Positions 29,455-32,000 of a stretch of DNA of 32,000 bases are shown one piece after another. The position numbers and the translations under genes are program-made. Each line of letters starts with the position of its first letter. The stretch's first letter is position 1. Under the pieces are notes generated by a model. It searched no databases. It was not told the origin of the DNA and saw only the letters and a program-made list of their open reading frames with translations. Source of the DNA: Candidatus Harpocratesius repetitus (GTDB lineage: Archaea > Asgardarchaeota > Lokiarchaeia > Sigyniarchaeales > Promethearchaeaceae); assembly GCA_021498095.1 (NCBI GenBank), contig JAIZWK010000001.1, positions 3,420,001-3,452,000 of the forward strand. The letters are read 5' to 3'.

Positions 29455-29510
29455 TGATGAGCGATCATGATTGAGCGAATGATCATGATGATCTTGATGA
29501 TCATATAAAG
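29455..29510 (-). promoter_or_regulatory. GATCAT/ATGATCAT repeat array between a TATA-like box and the gdhA start
   Basis: Palindrome ATGATCAT at 29479-86 and 29497-504; GATCATGAT at 29463 and 29481; minus-strand TTTATAT at ~29509-29503. Confidence 0.45.
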
Positions 29511-29686
29511 ATATGTATAAGAGCTATTTACATGTGATCAAAGTGGGAAGCAAAATGTCGTAAAAGTGAAAAACGGTGCATGAAAAGGGAAATGTGTGGG
29601 TAAGTCTAAGAGTGATTTGATTATAGAGAAAGTAGTATGTTCAAGAAAATTAAAATAAAAAAATAAAAGAACTGTCCACACTGATA

Positions 29687-30739
29687 CTATAACTCTTCCA
29701 TCCCAATTTGCTGAGCATTTGCATAATGTGCCTTTGGATCTGCCCTAAATTCGGAAACGTAATAGACTGTGCCAAATATTTTTGTATTTGGGCCCAAATA
29801 AACTCGTTCAGCCCGTAAATCACCATCAACATATGTATCTTCTATGTCAATTTCATGAACAGCAATAATCGAACCATGAATTTTTGATACTTTATTAGAA
29901 CGATGAAATTTAAAACCTATAACATTAGCACCAATAAACACTTTGCTTGCTTCAATATTTTCCATAACTTCAATTTTTCCAGTTATTTCTACTGCGTTAT
30001 TCGAAAGAAGTGTTTTTCCAATTGAAGCATTACTAGAAAATTTAGCCCCAGCATCAGCTACTACTTTTCCTCCAGCACTGAAATTACTAGAAGCATGGAG
30101 ATAACCGCTGACTAAAACATTTTCATTAATTGTAGCAGAACTACTAAACTTAGCATCTTCATCAACTTGAACTGAACCGCGGCAATTAAAGGAACTTGAA
30201 GCTTTTAATCCGCCGCCAATAACGCAATCTCCTTCAATATGAGCCGAACTACTAAATTTAGCATCTCCATCTGAAGTAAGTAATCCTCCTGTTAAGAAGG
30301 TGGAGCTGACATGAAGTTCTCCAACAATTACTTCTTCACCGATTTTTGCGGAACTGGAGAAATGCGCTTCTTCTTCAACTGACAATCGCCCTTTGCACTG
30401 AAAAGAGCTTGAAGATTTTAAATTTTCTCCAACAATCACATTTCCACCAACTTTTACACTGGATGAAAATTTGGCATCTTCTTCACTTTGAACTGTTCCA
30501 TCAACTTTAAAAGAACCAGAAGAAGAAATACCTTCTAATGCAATCAGATTCCCACCGATATGCACACTTCCACTGGCTTTAAAGAAATGACATTCGATAT
30601 CACCATCTGAACGGCAGCTGCCGCTCACTTTAATATCCCTATTATATCGTCCAGGAGGGATATTAACACCTCCACTAATTTTCATAGGAGGCTCTTTTTG
30701 ATTTAATTCTTCATTATATTCATCATGCATGATTATCAC
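29687..30739 (-). CDS. Bactofilin-like (polymer-forming cytoskeletal) beta-helix protein with expanded repeats
   Basis: At least 14 consecutive 17-18 aa windings of the type xKxS[G/S]SxxxxGxxxxxx; C-terminal DIEDTYVDGDLRAERVYLGPNTKIFGTVYY resembles YhbE/YhbF-type bactofilins. Confidence 0.75.
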   Translation of the reverse strand: MIIMHDEYNEELNQKEPPMKISGGVNIPPGRYNRDIKVSGSCRSDGDIECHFFKASGSVHIGGNLIALEGISSSGSFKVDGTVQSEEDAKFSSSVKVGGNVIVGENLKSSSSFQCKGRLSVEEEAHFSSSAKIGEEVIVGELHVSSTFLTGGLLTSDGDAKFSSSAHIEGDCVIGGGLKASSSFNCRGSVQVDEDAKFSSSATINENVLVSGYLHASSNFSAGGKVVADAGAKFSSNASIGKTLLSNNAVEITGKIEVMENIEASKVFIGANVIGFKFHRSNKVSKIHGSIIAVHEIDIEDTYVDGDLRAERVYLGPNTKIFGTVYYVSEFRADPKAHYANAQQIGMEEL

Positions 30740-31809
30740 ATCCGATCAATTAACCGATGAAATGTTTCAATCACTTCTTCGGGTTTACTTTTGTATTTAA
30801 AAACATCTGATTCTAGTTTTCCATCAATTCCTTCTGCTACAAGTTCATATATTAAATTTTCTGCGTCTTCTGGAGTCTGTTTAAGTGCTTGAGCCAATTT
30901 ATCAATGGGAATACCATTTTGAATTCGAATTAATCCTGTAATACGTTTTTTCAAGCGTTCTTTTTCTTGAATTGAAAGTCTTCCACCAGAATAGGATTTT
31001 TCAGCGGAAGAACGAATAGGTTGCGTGGAGGATGATATGTTAGCATTAAAATTAGAAGACTTTGAATTACGGCTCGGAATACCTGATTCAGAATTTGTAG
31101 ATGAAGGGGAAAATGGATATGAATTTTGAATTTGGGTTTCAACAAATTTTGACATTTTTTTCCCAAATTTGCCTATTTTTTTACCCACTGTTCCCAAATC
31201 TTTATCTAATCCTTCTAAAGATTTCATACCTTGTTTAAATTCTTCCATGGCATCTCGTATCATTTCAGAAACAGAGATTCCTAATTCATCAGCTAATTGC
31301 TTCCAATCATCTTTCATATTTTCTGGAAGAGTGAAATTTATACGAACTTTTTTATTTCTTTCTCTTTCTTGTTGCGTGCGGGCTTTGATTTGGGCAATAT
31401 TTAATCGAGTAGTTGTTTTTTCTACTGCAATCTTCAATTTTCCCATCATTGAGGCCATTTTATCTAATTTATTATCCAATTTTTTTCTAGCATTTTCAGC
31501 AATTGAACGAGCTCGTAAGGCTTCTTTCTGGATGGCAGGATCTTGAGTTGCCGTAGCTTTATCATATAGATTAGCTGCAATAGCGGCTTTATCTAAAAAC
31601 TTAGCAAGAAATTCACGAACTTCATCTTGAAATTCAATAGTTTCTTCATGAAGGTCCATGGCATCAACTAATTTATCTATTACATCTTCAGCAGCATCAG
31701 GTGCGATTTTTTCTATTTCTTTTGAATCTTCTTTAATAGAGTATAATAAGTCTTCTAACTGAGCAAGTTCTGCTGAAAATTGTTCAAACAAGGATTCTTC
31801 TTCAAACAT
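30736..31809 (-). CDS. Coiled-coil + ribbon-helix-helix + C-terminal winged-helix (PCI-like) protein
   Basis: RHH pattern VRINFTLPENMKDDWKQLADELGISVSEMIRDAM; wHTH-like GIPIDKLAQALKQTPEDAENLIYELVAEGIDG; its stop overlaps the next start (GTGA). Confidence 0.7.
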   Translation of the reverse strand: MFEEESLFEQFSAELAQLEDLLYSIKEDSKEIEKIAPDAAEDVIDKLVDAMDLHEETIEFQDEVREFLAKFLDKAAIAANLYDKATATQDPAIQKEALRARSIAENARKKLDNKLDKMASMMGKLKIAVEKTTTRLNIAQIKARTQQERERNKKVRINFTLPENMKDDWKQLADELGISVSEMIRDAMEEFKQGMKSLEGLDKDLGTVGKKIGKFGKKMSKFVETQIQNSYPFSPSSTNSESGIPSRNSKSSNFNANISSSTQPIRSSAEKSYSGGRLSIQEKERLKKRITGLIRIQNGIPIDKLAQALKQTPEDAENLIYELVAEGIDGKLESDVFKYKSKPEEVIETFHRLIDRM

Positions 31810-32000
31810 AAGACATCACAAATGGTTTTATTAGGGGAAATAGAAAATGCGATTATTTTAGAAGTGTTATGATAGGAATATTTCATTGGAAATTTGGTAA
31901 TAATTATTTGAGATTTTACCTGTAAAGGATCAGTATGTAATTAATTAAAGTATTAATAACTCAAATCTGTTTGAAAACAATCGTGTCCATAATAGTATTT

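Overview
AT-rich archaeal window, most consistent with an Asgard archaeon (Lokiarchaeia): five exported proteins end in an I[P/S]GY + transmembrane helix + basic tail (Loki-CTERM-like) sorting signal, and GlyRS is the archaeal/eukaryotic type. Left to right: partial TPR gene; a PKD/BspA(DUF285) surface gene broken by an internal deletion; a VapBC pair; an unannotated tRNA-Pro(GGG) with a 41-nt bulge-helix-bulge intron at position 21/22; three tandem family-5 ABC solute-binding paralogs, the third a mosaic; between paralogs 2 and 3, an intact ISH3-like element and an IS110 element with an amber-interrupted recombinase and a structured upstream non-coding region (candidate bridge RNA); a beta-helix/4xPKD surface protein; a beta-lactamase-fold membrane protein lacking its catalytic Ser/Lys; glyS; a 7TM protein; a metallophosphoesterase; a 3-kb indel-riddled block (D-2-hydroxyacid dehydrogenase + OLD-family nuclease); gdhA; and an operon pairing a coiled-coil/RHH/winged-helix protein with an expanded bactofilin-like beta-helix. 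All calls were made by eye from motifs; no database searches or folding programs were run.
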